Origin: a virus
Lineage: Duplodnaviria; Caudoviricetes
Length of the DNA stretch: 58,146 bases
IMG/VR virus record: IMGVR_UViG_3300022920_000008
Coordinates: 1-58,146 of that record
Strand: one strand, 5' to 3'
The notes beneath the pieces were generated by a model that was given only the letters and a program-made list of their open reading frames with translations, was not told the DNA's origin and searched no databases. Positions 19,401-30,429 of the stretch are shown in pieces. Made by a program: the position numbers and the translations under genes. Numbering within the stretch: the stretch's first letter is position 1; each line of letters starts with the position of its first letter.

Positions 19401-22400
19401 TGCCATCAGTCGTTGGCAATGTAGTTGAATTTAAAATCATAACAAAGTCGCCTGCACGAACATTATGCGGTGAACTCAATCCCTCAAAACTCTTTAGTGT
19501 AACTTTTGCATCGTTACCATCAGTACTTGTATCGCCTGCATCAATCTCTGCCCAACGTGTTGTGCGTTGTGTGTTTAAAACATTCCAGCTGTTAGCACGA
19601 GTAATTGTAGATCCATCTTTGATGTTAATATCGTTTAGTACCCATGTACTAACTAGTGCATCGTCTGTAGCACTTACGTTTGTCCAATCACTTAAATTAA
19701 ATTCAGCAGGTGGGAAATTTCCAACTCCCTGTATACCTGTTGATATACCAGCTTCTTGATTAAAATCATTGTCGCCTAAATCTAAAGTTGGTCCAACTGA
19801 TACTAATTTACTAATTACAATTCGGTTATTAATAATTTCTACAGTTACGCCTGTAATATTTCTTTCTGTAATTTGTGTTACTACTTCAGCTGCGGTAGAT
19901 GGTCTAGGATCAATATTAGTTGGCCCAATATTATAAACTCCAGCAATTCCAAATACATTAGAGTTATCTGTAATAGTCATTATACTACCTGCAGATAAAC
20001 CAGCTTCTACACTTAATTTTGCAATCTCTAGATTATTTCCTGATGTGGCACTAATAGCATATTCATCAATACCGTTTGTAGTTAAATAGTTGTCAATAAA
20101 GTTTACAATGTAACTAATATCCATTGGAGTTGGCGTTGCTTCTAAAACATATTGTGGACTATACGTACCTGGTACTATGTTTGTTATTGTAGTTCCGTCG
20201 CCATCAATAGTCATTGCTACTTCAATATCTTTTCTAATAATAATTTTATTAGTAAGAGTTATTTCCGTATCAACATTAGGCACTAAATTAATAGCCGCAG
20301 CTAATTGCTCAGTAGTTAATGTAACTTTAGTTAACACAGTTACTGGCAACATTTCAAATGTGATAGTTGCACTTTCTAAATTAGTCATTGGTCGTACAAT
20401 TGGTAATCCATTTTCATCGATGTCATCAATCTCAACAGTTAATAACTGTTCTGCATAACTTATAATTCCAATATCACTTGTAACTTGATCAACACCTGCT
20501 GGTACTGTAAATGAGAATACGGTAGTTGATCCATCTCCTGTAAATGTTTGTGTTTGATCTGGAACCTCTTGTAAATTAAATATCTCAGAACCATAATCTT
20601 CCAATAGTATATCTGTATTATCAATTGTTAATGTTAAGTTACGTACATCTGCGTTCTGATCATGTTGAACTAATTGTTCACTGTAAGGCAACCCGTTGTT
20701 ATATTTTGTAGTATCTAATACACTAGTAGGAACAATGTTACTGACTGTAATATTAATTCCGTCTATTCCAATAGTAAATTGGTTAGCTACTTGATTAATA
20801 ATAGTGTTGCCTGTTGCTGTAATGTTTGGGAAAGTTGTTGTAGTTCTATCCCACCAGAAACTATGTCCTTCAATGATTGCACTTGGTACTGGATCTGAAG
20901 CATTACGATAACTAAAGTCAGTATTACTAATATTCACAGTACCAGTTTCAGTAATAAGGTCATTGAACGGATTATAGGCTAACTTGTCAATGGCTAATTT
21001 AAATTTCGAACCATTGTATCTAACTTCTTCTCCATGGTTATATGATTTTGTATTACTCCAAGTTTCCACGGCGGCAAAATCAGTTGTGTAATTATTATAT
21101 ATTTGATCTATCTCTAATACATTTTGAATAATATAATCATGCTCAGTGTCTAATACATCTCCACCTTTTCTAATTTGTGTTACTAGTGGTCTAGTTTCAA
21201 CAGGGAATGAAAAGTCTGATTTTTTATTTACAAATACATTGCTTATGTCTGATAAGTTAATTAGTACGTTGTCATTTTCTAACATACTATCGTTGATAAT
21301 TAATTCGATAGCTTCGCTTCTAGTATTATCACCAAACTGCGATGATTTAAACATCCAATCTTCTGTTACATTAACTGTGCTTGTTCCTCTGTTAACTGTG
21401 TTGCCGCGATTAAATTTATCAACACTATTGTTTGTGCCTTTGTGACGCAAAACGCCTTGCATAAACTTATTGATAACATTGTCTGGCAGATCTAATTGTT
21501 TTATCCAATCCTGTGCATGTATACCTAATGTGATTCTTTCAGCACTATGGATATCTTTATTAAACTTAGTTACATTAAAATCATAAAGATCACTCATGCT
21601 ATCCGCAACTGTATCAAAGTTTTGTATGATTGTATTTTCGCCAATCAAATATCCTGGTGCTGACTTAGATCCATCAAATGCTGATGTACGTTGTCCTACA
21701 ATTTTAAATCTACGCTGGCGTAAACTTGTTATTGGATTAAAAATTGTCTCGTTAAATTGTGTCTTGTTATTAAATAATACACTATGATAATATCTTGTTA
21801 GTGCAAGATTTAAACTTACAACACGTCCTGAATTTACATTATTTGTTACAGTGTCTGCACTTTGTATTGAACCAATTTGTGTTTGGCTATTTGAAATTGT
21901 ACTTGAACTAATAACAGATACAATGCCTTCGCTTGGCTCTGCAGCTAATGGGTTAGTACCCTGTGGGTGTATTGTCAATTGATTAGCAATTCTAGTAATA
22001 CATAAATCACCAAAGTCGCCTTGTGTAATATTGCCATTTTCATCCATGATCATAATATCATTTGATCCACCTGGCAAACTATTGAAAGGCAAAACTGAAT
22101 GTGTTGTGCTTGTAAATGTAACTGTTGATGTTACTTTAGTTTCAAATGTCTGGTCTAAGTCTGAAACTACTGCCCATGCAGCAAATTCATTTGCACGCCC
22201 TAGTCCTGATACTTTAGTTGTATCTAGACCATACGATGTTAAGTATTCGTAGTAGCCTCTGATAAAATCATACACGCCTTGTATACGTGCTATTTTTGTT
22301 CCAAATTTCATTACACTTGCAGTTGTATTAAATGCATTATACTTTTTAATACTTACACCGTCTGCAATTTCAACTAAGTTAAAATCAAACTGTTGTGTCT

Positions 22401-25400
22401 CTAATGGTTCATAAAATAAGAATTCTTGCCTATGGTTACTATATCCATCTACAATATATCCACTGTCTGTTTTTTTAATTTTGATATCACTTACCAACAA
22501 TAATAGTTCAGGTAACCCGCCTGCCATTGTTATTTGATAATCTCTAACACCCAAAGTATATCTTCCGTTTGTTCCACTTTCAGATTTAATCTTAATTAAA
22601 TTCTTATCTGTAAATCCATTAAGTGGCTGTAGTAAGCGGGTGCTTAATGAATTAAACGTTGATCCAATAACTTCGCTATTTCTATTTCTTTGGTTAGAAT
22701 TATATAATACTTGGTCAATACCAAGGTTATACTTAAAGTTTTCTCTAAGTGTTACACTAAATCCTATTGATGGCCAAACTTTAAATCCTTCAGCACTTAC
22801 TGGAGGTGTATATGAATCAGGATAAACAAGTGTTACATTTGGTGTGCTTGTATAGCCACTGCCTGCTCGTATAACAGACAAGCTTAAAATATTACCATTG
22901 CTGTCTAAATTAATGTCAGCTAACGCCGTTACTTTTTCATCTGTTCCAATAATACTAACACGAGTACCTTCTGGAATTTGTCCAGTTTGGTGTGTTACTT
23001 TAATATTTTGTACTTGCTTGCCATATGTACTGCCGTGATATGTAAGTCTCTTGTTTGAGAATTGAGTTTTATCTAAGTTATTAATCATACTTAAATCAAC
23101 AGTTTGTGTATCATGGAAGTAACCAGGCTGGAATACTGCTGGCGCAGTTCTTGCTGGGTTAAGTTTTATTACTGCATCAATCGTTGCTGCTTGACCTAGT
23201 GGTGATTGTCTCCACTCGTACTCAGTTGGTCCCCAGTCACCAAATACAAATGGTTTATATTTTTCTAATGGCGTACCTAATACTGTGCTTATTTCTTCTA
23301 GAGTTCCATCTGCTTTAACTGGACATTTAGAAGCCCAATCCCAACTACTACGCATAAACATTAATCTTTGTTTAACAGGCGTACCTGGCTCACTAATAAT
23401 ACCGTACTCTAATGCATTTAGTAATGCTGCACGTTTTATACTATCAGTCCAACTGTAATGTGTATTCCACCAGGTTGGCTTAATAGCAAATCCTAACATA
23501 TTCCAAGGAGTAAGGTGCGGGATACATGTACCAAATAACATATGGTAAATACCTTTCCAATGCCCTGGTGCTTCTTGTTCTTCAAACTTTCCTGGTAAAA
23601 CTATGCCAGTGTAATTCCAAGTTTTATCATCGGTTGGATCGTAATAATTCTCTGATTGTAAATCTGTATTTCCAGTTTTTGTTTGCCAATCCATAAAGAA
23701 TCTTTCAACATATTCGTCCATAGTAGTATGTGTATACCATAATGAATGATTCATTGTTGGCATAAAATGCGTTGCGTCAGTTAAGTGATCTACTTTTTTA
23801 TTGATGCCGTTCCAAACTTTCTTTTCAATATCATACAGTACAGCAAGTACTGGATTATAGTTTGGACCAAAAATATCATCTGGGTCATTTGTAGATGCAT
23901 CACTAAAATCAATAGTATAACCATCGTGACAATATAGTACATTATCAATAATTTGTGGACGTACTAAATTTGCAAGACCTAATTTTGTAATACTTGCAGG
24001 AATATAACTATCTTCTAGGCTTCCATGATTATATACTTCCACTCGAACATTTGTATCACCACTTGTGAATGGAACAAAAGAAGCATTAACTGTCAGCATA
24101 CCATTTGATATTGTATACTCATCATCACGCTTTAGCAAACGCTGTATACCATTATTATTTCCAATTGCATTGTCTATAAGATAAACATTAATATGATCCA
24201 CGCTAAATGTATCTTCATCATAATTAAACTTAGTTATAAAACTTTGTCCAACTGTATCATATATAAAGTCTTGTTTAACTGTAGTATCTTTAAATAACAT
24301 ACTTGATTTTTTATGCAGTTGGCTACCAATTTGTCCACTAATTAAAACGTCCAACACATCATTAACTAGCGCACGGGTGCTAGTATAACTGTTTGTCTTG
24401 TATAGTTTTTTTGCATGCGATACTACTCTTTTGCGTAAACTCCACCATTCAGTTGCTTGGTTTTTTAGTGCTTCTGTTAAATCAATATTATAGTCTACAG
24501 TAGTGTAGTCTTGTATAATGCTTGCCCCGTCACTAATATAAATTTCGCCACCAATGTTATTAATTTTAGGAATGATATCGTAATTATTTTTACCAGTTGG
24601 AGATCCGTGGAACCCAGGTTGATTTGCAATTAAACTTTTCCAGTGTGCTGATGTTTCACTAATAGTAAACTCAATAATTCTTTCATTACTTGGATTGTGA
24701 TTTAAAATTCTTGGCTGTGTAGTTACACTATTGTTATCCACATACTGAACATCAATAATAAACTCATCGCCTTCTCCTAATTGATCTGCTTTAATTACAA
24801 TTTGATCATCTTGTCTTTCAACAATATCTACATTGGTGCTGTCAATTAAAACTTTATCAGCCAGGTCTAATTGTTGTCCATTTGAATAAACTTTTAAGTG
24901 TGTGCTATCAATAATATCTTTACTAGCACTGATAATTTTATTTTTTCTGGTGCCATCTGTATAGAACATTACATATCCAGTATCATCTGGCAATGTAACT
25001 TCCCAAACATTGGGGCGTGAAGGGTGAGGAGCAAATGTAGCTTGACTACCTGGATCGATAAAACTCAAACTTTGATCTGGACTACAATCTTTAAATTCAT
25101 GAGTAACGTTTTGTTCTAACATTAGGGTTGCAGTAACTTGTGTGTTATAAGTTTTATTGTTAATTACTTTTGTTACGGCTAGTTCATCTAAAGCTTTAAA
25201 GTAGTCATAATAAACATCAGGCTTCCAAGATGATTTTGGAAGAGGGACAACGATATCTTCTGTTCCATTTCCAACAACTTGTACTTTACTTGATGACTGT
25301 AATGGGAAGTCACTAGCTACATAGTTTGCAGCTATACGTTCACCTCGACCATAGTTTGCATAATAGTTTCCTAGTATTTTAGTTTCAGTATTATTTTGCT

Positions 25401-26928
25401 TTTCCAAGTATGTATAACGTTCTGTATCAATAACGTTTTCTAATACATGCTCGCTTTTAACACCTGATGTACTTATAACTGGAGCAAATCCTAATTCAGG
25501 ATCAACAGTGCCAGTTCCAATTTTATATCCAAATACACGGTTACCAGTAAATGTAGTATTGTTATACGTACTTAAAAGGGTGCCCATGTGGTCGCTAAGT
25601 TCAAACAATGGCATATCGCCCTGGCTTGTTTTTGTTTGTGCTAATACTAGAACATCATCCTGCCAATAGTAATCGTGGAATCTGTGTATAGCATCTACAT
25701 TATAGTAGTCTTCTCCCACTGTAAAGTAATGTCCGTTAGTTAATGTAGCGCCAGCAATTGGAATAATTTGGTTGCCACTAACTTCAAAAATCTTATTAAA
25801 TGATGATTGTGTGTCTGTGTTTTTTATAACTACAGTGTCGCCAGTAGACAGTCCATGTTGTCCTGCTAAGTAATATCCATCATTTGGTAGTTGCACACCA
25901 GTTTCAAGTAATTTACTACTGATTAAATAATCAACCACGCCGTGATTGATATCATAACCGTAGTTATAAAGTTGCAAGTTTCTATCAAATTGAATGATTG
26001 GACGTTTGGCTCTACGACCTTCATTGCCCCAATCAGATATATTAAAACTATCATCAGCGGTTTGCATTTCTTCTAATGCACTATGATGAATCCAACGATT
26101 GGCACGAGTCCAACTTGATTTATATTTGTCATCTAAACTACATACTGTATAATGTTTGTCTTCATAAGGAAGTGTTTTGCCACTTACTTTGCTAGCATGC
26201 GGAGATGCATAATACATTTCTTTAATTGGTATGAATTTAATTTTATTCCCAACGCCTGCTACAATATAACTAGTTGCTTGGATATTAGTATCGTAACCAG
26301 TTCCTTTAAATTCTAATCTCATGCCATTCCATAATTGCATTTGTTTTACAACAACTGTGTTGTTTATAACTACTTCATAAGGAATAGTGGCAGTAATACG
26401 GTTTGTTAAATCTGTTACAGGATTATAATTAGTATCAGTATTGTTTACTATCAACGCTGGTCCCATACCACTAGCCCAATAATAGTTGTTATAATTAACT
26501 AGTTTATCAATGTCAACTGGTGGATTAAAAACATATGTTCTTGTACTATATGCTGAGTTATAATCGTATTCGTTAAATTCAATATCTACTTTGTCTTTAA
26601 TTTGATTCCAACTAATGTGTTTGTTAACACTGCTATCGTCGTTTGATGAATATATAGTAGGCTGTAAATGTCTAAGGTTAACTGTATCTAAATATACATC
26701 ACTAATACTATTAACAGTATTGCCATCTTGGCTACCAACAAAGTGATCTACATCTTCAAGTTTGCCTTTGCTAATCATTAGATCCATGGTGCCATCTAAC
26801 CATTTGTCATTTAAGTCACTTCTAAATACTCCTGGTAGGAATGTACTAGACTTGATATTCTTAATAACTGATTGCCCTGGACTTGTCTTCATAAGGGGCG
26901 TGTTGATTTTATTAGGCTTAAAAGGCAT
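16459..26928 (-). CDS. giant baseplate wedge protein (gp7-like), 3489 aa
   Basis: Directly follows the gp6-like gene; FLPGVFRS N-terminus, DIDKLVNYNNYYW and near-C-terminal INDIKPFHTKIK motifs. Confidence 0.7.
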   Translation of the reverse strand: MPFKPNKINTPLMKTSPGQSVIKNIKSSTFLPGVFRSDLNDKWLDGTMDLMISKGKLEDVDHFVGSQDGNTVNSISDVYLDTVNLRHLQPTIYSSNDDSSVNKHISWNQIKDKVDIEFNEYDYNSAYSTRTYVFNPPVDIDKLVNYNNYYWASGMGPALIVNNTDTNYNPVTDLTNRITATIPYEVVINNTVVVKQMQLWNGMRLEFKGTGYDTNIQATSYIVAGVGNKIKFIPIKEMYYASPHASKVSGKTLPYEDKHYTVCSLDDKYKSSWTRANRWIHHSALEEMQTADDSFNISDWGNEGRRAKRPIIQFDRNLQLYNYGYDINHGVVDYLISSKLLETGVQLPNDGYYLAGQHGLSTGDTVVIKNTDTQSSFNKIFEVSGNQIIPIAGATLTNGHYFTVGEDYYNVDAIHRFHDYYWQDDVLVLAQTKTSQGDMPLFELSDHMGTLLSTYNNTTFTGNRVFGYKIGTGTVDPELGFAPVISTSGVKSEHVLENVIDTERYTYLEKQNNTETKILGNYYANYGRGERIAANYVASDFPLQSSSKVQVVGNGTEDIVVPLPKSSWKPDVYYDYFKALDELAVTKVINNKTYNTQVTATLMLEQNVTHEFKDCSPDQSLSFIDPGSQATFAPHPSRPNVWEVTLPDDTGYVMFYTDGTRKNKIISASKDIIDSTHLKVYSNGQQLDLADKVLIDSTNVDIVERQDDQIVIKADQLGEGDEFIIDVQYVDNNSVTTQPRILNHNPSNERIIEFTISETSAHWKSLIANQPGFHGSPTGKNNYDIIPKINNIGGEIYISDGASIIQDYTTVDYNIDLTEALKNQATEWWSLRKRVVSHAKKLYKTNSYTSTRALVNDVLDVLISGQIGSQLHKKSSMLFKDTTVKQDFIYDTVGQSFITKFNYDEDTFSVDHINVYLIDNAIGNNNGIQRLLKRDDEYTISNGMLTVNASFVPFTSGDTNVRVEVYNHGSLEDSYIPASITKLGLANLVRPQIIDNVLYCHDGYTIDFSDASTNDPDDIFGPNYNPVLAVLYDIEKKVWNGINKKVDHLTDATHFMPTMNHSLWYTHTTMDEYVERFFMDWQTKTGNTDLQSENYYDPTDDKTWNYTGIVLPGKFEEQEAPGHWKGIYHMLFGTCIPHLTPWNMLGFAIKPTWWNTHYSWTDSIKRAALLNALEYGIISEPGTPVKQRLMFMRSSWDWASKCPVKADGTLEEISTVLGTPLEKYKPFVFGDWGPTEYEWRQSPLGQAATIDAVIKLNPARTAPAVFQPGYFHDTQTVDLSMINNLDKTQFSNKRLTYHGSTYGKQVQNIKVTHQTGQIPEGTRVSIIGTDEKVTALADINLDSNGNILSLSVIRAGSGYTSTPNVTLVYPDSYTPPVSAEGFKVWPSIGFSVTLRENFKYNLGIDQVLYNSNQRNRNSEVIGSTFNSLSTRLLQPLNGFTDKNLIKIKSESGTNGRYTLGVRDYQITMAGGLPELLLLVSDIKIKKTDSGYIVDGYSNHRQEFLFYEPLETQQFDFNLVEIADGVSIKKYNAFNTTASVMKFGTKIARIQGVYDFIRGYYEYLTSYGLDTTKVSGLGRANEFAAWAVVSDLDQTFETKVTSTVTFTSTTHSVLPFNSLPGGSNDIMIMDENGNITQGDFGDLCITRIANQLTIHPQGTNPLAAEPSEGIVSVISSSTISNSQTQIGSIQSADTVTNNVNSGRVVSLNLALTRYYHSVLFNNKTQFNETIFNPITSLRQRRFKIVGQRTSAFDGSKSAPGYLIGENTIIQNFDTVADSMSDLYDFNVTKFNKDIHSAERITLGIHAQDWIKQLDLPDNVINKFMQGVLRHKGTNNSVDKFNRGNTVNRGTSTVNVTEDWMFKSSQFGDNTRSEAIELIINDSMLENDNVLINLSDISNVFVNKKSDFSFPVETRPLVTQIRKGGDVLDTEHDYIIQNVLEIDQIYNNYTTDFAAVETWSNTKSYNHGEEVRYNGSKFKLAIDKLAYNPFNDLITETGTVNISNTDFSYRNASDPVPSAIIEGHSFWWDRTTTTFPNITATGNTIINQVANQFTIGIDGINITVSNIVPTSVLDTTKYNNGLPYSEQLVQHDQNADVRNLTLTIDNTDILLEDYGSEIFNLQEVPDQTQTFTGDGSTTVFSFTVPAGVDQVTSDIGIISYAEQLLTVEIDDIDENGLPIVRPMTNLESATITFEMLPVTVLTKVTLTTEQLAAAINLVPNVDTEITLTNKIIIRKDIEVAMTIDGDGTTITNIVPGTYSPQYVLEATPTPMDISYIVNFIDNYLTTNGIDEYAISATSGNNLEIAKLSVEAGLSAGSIMTITDNSNVFGIAGVYNIGPTNIDPRPSTAAEVVTQITERNITGVTVEIINNRIVISKLVSVGPTLDLGDNDFNQEAGISTGIQGVGNFPPAEFNLSDWTNVSATDDALVSTWVLNDINIKDGSTITRANSWNVLNTQRTTRWAEIDAGDTSTDGNDAKVTLKSFEGLSSPHNVRAGDFVMILNSTTLPTTDGIHEVTSLDTQDPAAFYIDRYIEDSGRAEEIFIIRNARFANEAAMRIAIADTVNYNFKDGDILWASNYDQGSAVWEYNAGEVTLLRNISTSVDNTGFENVKLYNGETQKTIRELEVYDPIQGIIPGIAEKEIDFRYPTDVAVYNMSSDTAYDTNQRSAWGDEHVGKRWWDTSSVFYYDYKQGDAAYASKMWGKQIPGSSIDVYEWIKSSVTPESWADEVKAGNDQFGSPASGEAYRVFDNASAVFLDYYTEETYWNDNFNRYDSVYYFWVKNKITISSNGRTLSAFDISRIISDPSANGISWVAAVSSTQLIMNSVKQYITDSTTVAQLNIKPQGIGHSSWTNISEGSDLIPDYYYTALNDNLVGVQKETGNILPDPILHPYNRYGDNRSFEYIYPGRKHSQAWFKDTKDARREAISIINSLLKNQNLVDNLANKWNRIITKTFYTIPTNAKLDTTFPIIYQPGDTFTNTDTNVLYIWDGRIWRTDDSLASPTEYSGTEFPVQYNSYYNTETEILYRNSGTEWYQDAGWDMNLTWQWTSYVNPLKTEDLRPSITVASKAELEQVDKTQHEVVLLNSGFNSQSKRISDETYYLIEGEWVLMEKTFATIEFNDLVWNINTLFNWDMQSWEGIWDFDPSQFMSWIIQSCREDLFIESYLVNFNKMFFGMVHYIASIHNQVDWFYKTTYIKLNVDTNIATSNNTTKLPRRYYKGNIDVLQGYINDIKPFHTKIKSQVDISRISEKFNLSMDDSQNSSKSITVKYHDSPTDNWTGWQLTDGVIDTLDVYSSTFTDTNADIVTGGSFTDTEGLAYGGKFLDPGNFSIETSNLRRMNFAALIREAVSITVNTNTSGDVVDSNSTVHVYITGLDNTAAVFELTVSETSTISNSISKADNIITVADSSMFNTRPDGGIAFINGEIISYTAVIGNTLQNVQRGHGGSIALEHAAGTQIIDISDASILATDMYPWVSIKDPVPHLPILGPVS

Positions 26929-26933
26929 TATGT

Positions 26934-29900
26934 TTATCCATTCGATTTAATATTTGCATTTGTTATCTGTTGTACGATTTCGATGTCAGCTACACTAACG
27001 TCTGGAATTAGTAGCTCATCGTTTAATGGCGTAATCTGGAACAACTTACCAAATACACTGTTTGCACTCTCTGGCACAACAACAAAACTACTAATTTCTC
27101 CAGATAGTTCTTGGTGAATATATGCTGCTAGTTCAGTAAAGTAAAATACTTCTCCAAATTCCCAATTTGAGATATTAAAGAACTCATAAACTTTATCTAC
27201 AATAACACTTTTAATTTCGTTGTCTGTTAGTCTGGAGCCTTGAGCTCTAATAACATTAAATCCTGCTCTTAATTCGTCAGGAGCTCTGTTACCAAACAGT
27301 ACTTTGTATTTAACTGGACGATAAATTAAACTATCGCTCAATGATTTTTTACTTGCCAATCCACTAAATTGACTTCCAAGTTCATTTAGTGTTGGCGCAA
27401 GTGGCATGTCTGCGACAATACTGTCGTTTTTAATTAGCCAATTTCTAAATTCTGTATCATAACTTCTAGTCAATACAAACACATCAATAAGGTTTGTAAA
27501 ACTAGGATCAATTAATTCGTTTGTATCTGGAACATGTGTCCATTCAAATCTTAAATTGCTAATTGAATCTTGATCGCCTGCCAAATTAACAAATGAATCT
27601 GGGGCATCTGGTCTAGAATCAGAATTAGCATCTACTAATGATACTGTAACATTGTTACTATCGTATATTCCATTACTTTGATAATTGTAACCAGCAATAT
27701 AAAATTTACCAAGCTCTACACCATCAGTAGTAAACACAACTTGGTCTCTTGCTTTTTTCTTAGTATAGTAATCTAGTTTATATTCGTTACTGCTATTTGA
27801 AAAGTGTACTTGCTCACTATTTAAATTATATCTTATAATACGTGTAGTAACATCATAACTAACTGATGCACCTGGCTTTCCATATATTAACCAACTGTCA
27901 GTTGTTTTACCAAACATTACTGGGAAGGCAGTATCAGCAGTTTGTTCAGGAATAAGTTGACTAGCAATAGAAGTTTTAAAAGCTTCCTGTTCATAGTCAT
28001 AGTAGATAATAAAATTATCTTTGGAATCCAAGTGTGCAATGATATCTTGTCTTTCAGATACGGTAAAGCTACGTGGCAATGCAGCATATCCCATTGTTAA
28101 TTCTGTATTACTTTCTACAACACGGTCAAGTGTAATTGCTCCATTGCCAGTAGCAGTTAAGCCTGTTGAGTTACCTGTTGAACTATCAACACCAAATCCG
28201 TTTGCAAATACATTTGCTACACGAGTCCATGTATATGTTCCGTCAGATTTTGAAAGCTTTAGCATTGCGCCTGCTTTAACAAATCGCATAAAGTCATCTT
28301 CAGCTGCTGTACCAGTATTCCCAACAATTTGATTAGAACTATTAACAAAATATCCAGTTGTTGAATCAACAACCTGCCACCTGTAAACATCTGAATCACC
28401 ATTACGTTCCTGTTGGAATCTACTAGCGTAGCCATCATAGTATAAGTTAATCAACTCTGGATTTTCCAATTGAGTTTTTATAAAGTTATCAAAAATACTT
28501 TGTGAACTAATATTGTTTGTGTTATTCTCAATAGTTAATTTTGTTTTTGTTAATGCTGCATCTGTATTGTAAAGAGTAACATTTGTATATGTGCCTGTTG
28601 GATCCATCAAGTCGATAAATCTACTGTGTCCACTGTGTGTACGATTTACACTTTTAATTTTAGCAATCTGGTCACTTTGTGTTAGCAGGTAGTTATTGTA
28701 ATCACTAGCAGTAATCATACGATCCTGCGCACTATATACTAGCGGAGCATTTTGTCTAATGTCGTCAAGCGATTCACTTTTACTTGCATTTGTAATTGTT
28801 TGTTGTAATGCAACACCAACTGTTGCTGTATAAATGTTTCCATCAATACCTGTATATTTGATATTAATTTGTTTTGTACCAATATCATCTGGACGCAATA
28901 CATATGTTTCATTAGCGCCAGTTCTATACCAAATACGAATAATACCACGTGGTAAATTACCAAAGTGTTCGTCTGGGAATAGTACACTAATCTGTCCATC
29001 TGTTCTTGTTTTAACAGCAAACACATTTCTTTTAGATACATCAATGTCATTGTAAATTTCATTAAAGCCGTGTACGTTTTCAACACGATCCCAAGAGCTT
29101 GTTATCTCTCCTGTTTCGTTAATTGTTTGCACCCATACATCGTCATTGTTTACATGGTTAGCATTGATGTCAAGTGCTAGATTACTAATCGGATCAGTAA
29201 CACTAAAGTCCTTGAAGTTCATGGCACCTTGTTTGAATCCCATAAAGAATCCAGTGTTAGCACTACCTAACCCACGGTTATCATTTCTGTAATTGATACT
29301 AAAGCTTCCGCTTGGATCTGGATACATCTCAATTGATGATGATAGTGCTGTGCTATAGTCTAGACCAATAAGGTTAAACGTTGTTTTCTTGCCTTGTACA
29401 CTTCCTGTAAATTCAAACACAATTTGGTTTTCATTGTTGTTTAAGTTGTAGTACTGATTTTCCACACCAGCAATCATAGCACTCTTGCGAGGGTTGCCAA
29501 ATTGGTTGGTTGTACTTAGTACTGCATTCATAATACTAATAAAGTCATCTAGATTGCTTGCATTATTTGAAGTCTCAAAGCGGATCTGTTTTCCTGCTAG
29601 GCTACCGCCCAAACTGCCTATAACAACTTCGTTTGTTTTAATACTAACAATTTTTAATTGTCCACTAGCTGGTACTGTGCGGCGAGGCTTATACCCTAGG
29701 AATTCAGCAAGTTTAAATACACTCTCTTGTTTTTGAGCAGTTGCAAGGAAATTGTTGCGGCTGTTTAAATCATTTCTGAAAGCAAAGTTATGACCAAATT
29801 GTGCTACTATATCTAATAATGCAACAAAGTCACTACTTTCAATCCAATCGTTAAAGTTTTCAGGATATTGTGATTGTATATACGTTACCATCGCTTCTCT

Positions 29901-30008
29901 AATGGTTGTAAAATCAAATGCCTGGAAGTTTGAGTTTAGATATGAATCGTAAACTGCCATATAGTCTTCTGCTGCAAAAAGTCTCGCCTGTCTAATTTGC
30001 TGTGCCAT
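26934..30008 (-). CDS. gp6: baseplate wedge subunit gp6-like
   Basis: FDFTTIR..M..Y...YPE.FND..ESS, ESLDDIRQNAP..Y.AQDRMITASDY; synteny after gp25. Confidence 0.85.
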   Translation of the reverse strand: MAQQIRQARLFAAEDYMAVYDSYLNSNFQAFDFTTIREAMVTYIQSQYPENFNDWIESSDFVALLDIVAQFGHNFAFRNDLNSRNNFLATAQKQESVFKLAEFLGYKPRRTVPASGQLKIVSIKTNEVVIGSLGGSLAGKQIRFETSNNASNLDDFISIMNAVLSTTNQFGNPRKSAMIAGVENQYYNLNNNENQIVFEFTGSVQGKKTTFNLIGLDYSTALSSSIEMYPDPSGSFSINYRNDNRGLGSANTGFFMGFKQGAMNFKDFSVTDPISNLALDINANHVNNDDVWVQTINETGEITSSWDRVENVHGFNEIYNDIDVSKRNVFAVKTRTDGQISVLFPDEHFGNLPRGIIRIWYRTGANETYVLRPDDIGTKQINIKYTGIDGNIYTATVGVALQQTITNASKSESLDDIRQNAPLVYSAQDRMITASDYNNYLLTQSDQIAKIKSVNRTHSGHSRFIDLMDPTGTYTNVTLYNTDAALTKTKLTIENNTNNISSQSIFDNFIKTQLENPELINLYYDGYASRFQQERNGDSDVYRWQVVDSTTGYFVNSSNQIVGNTGTAAEDDFMRFVKAGAMLKLSKSDGTYTWTRVANVFANGFGVDSSTGNSTGLTATGNGAITLDRVVESNTELTMGYAALPRSFTVSERQDIIAHLDSKDNFIIYYDYEQEAFKTSIASQLIPEQTADTAFPVMFGKTTDSWLIYGKPGASVSYDVTTRIIRYNLNSEQVHFSNSSNEYKLDYYTKKKARDQVVFTTDGVELGKFYIAGYNYQSNGIYDSNNVTVSLVDANSDSRPDAPDSFVNLAGDQDSISNLRFEWTHVPDTNELIDPSFTNLIDVFVLTRSYDTEFRNWLIKNDSIVADMPLAPTLNELGSQFSGLASKKSLSDSLIYRPVKYKVLFGNRAPDELRAGFNVIRAQGSRLTDNEIKSVIVDKVYEFFNISNWEFGEVFYFTELAAYIHQELSGEISSFVVVPESANSVFGKLFQITPLNDELLIPDVSVADIEIVQQITNANIKSNG

Positions 30009-30009
30009 G

Positions 30010-30396
30010 TTATAAGTTTCCTGTCTCTGTGTCTTCTTTATTGAAGCTAATCGCTAGAGTATCAACAATGTTAAGTGGAATATAACGCACAACGACTTCT
30101 ACAGTAACTAAGTGGTTATCTTCTTCAACAGTGATTTCTCTATCTTCTAATGCAAATCTTGGATCGTAATCAATAACTTCAATAACTTCTTGTCTTATTA
30201 AGTTCGTCGTTAAATCGTCAAGAGGTTGAAATAAGTAATTTGGAATGTCAGTTCCAAAAGAAGGATTGTTCCACTTCTCTCCCTTTTTGATTGAGAAGTG
30301 ATTTTGCAGATCCTTTTTTGCTAGCTGCAAATCTGTTAGAGTTACGCTAGTGCATCCGCCTTGTGTATTTGTCGATCCAATAATTTTATTTGCCAT
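30010..30396 (-). CDS. gp25: baseplate wedge subunit gp25-like
   Basis: KGEKWNNPSFGTDI..YLFQPL...YDPR. Confidence 0.85.
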   Translation of the reverse strand: MANKIIGSTNTQGGCTSVTLTDLQLAKKDLQNHFSIKKGEKWNNPSFGTDIPNYLFQPLDDLTTNLIRQEVIEVIDYDPRFALEDREITVEEDNHLVTVEVVVRYIPLNIVDTLAISFNKEDTETGNL

Positions 30397-30401
30397 ATAT
30401 G

Positions 30402-30409
30402 TATTTATA
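30402..30409 (-). promoter_or_regulatory. T4-type late promoter TATAAATA
   Basis: Exact consensus 5 nt upstream of the gp25 ATG. Confidence 0.6.
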
Positions 30410-30429
30410 TAGAAAATAAACTACATATA

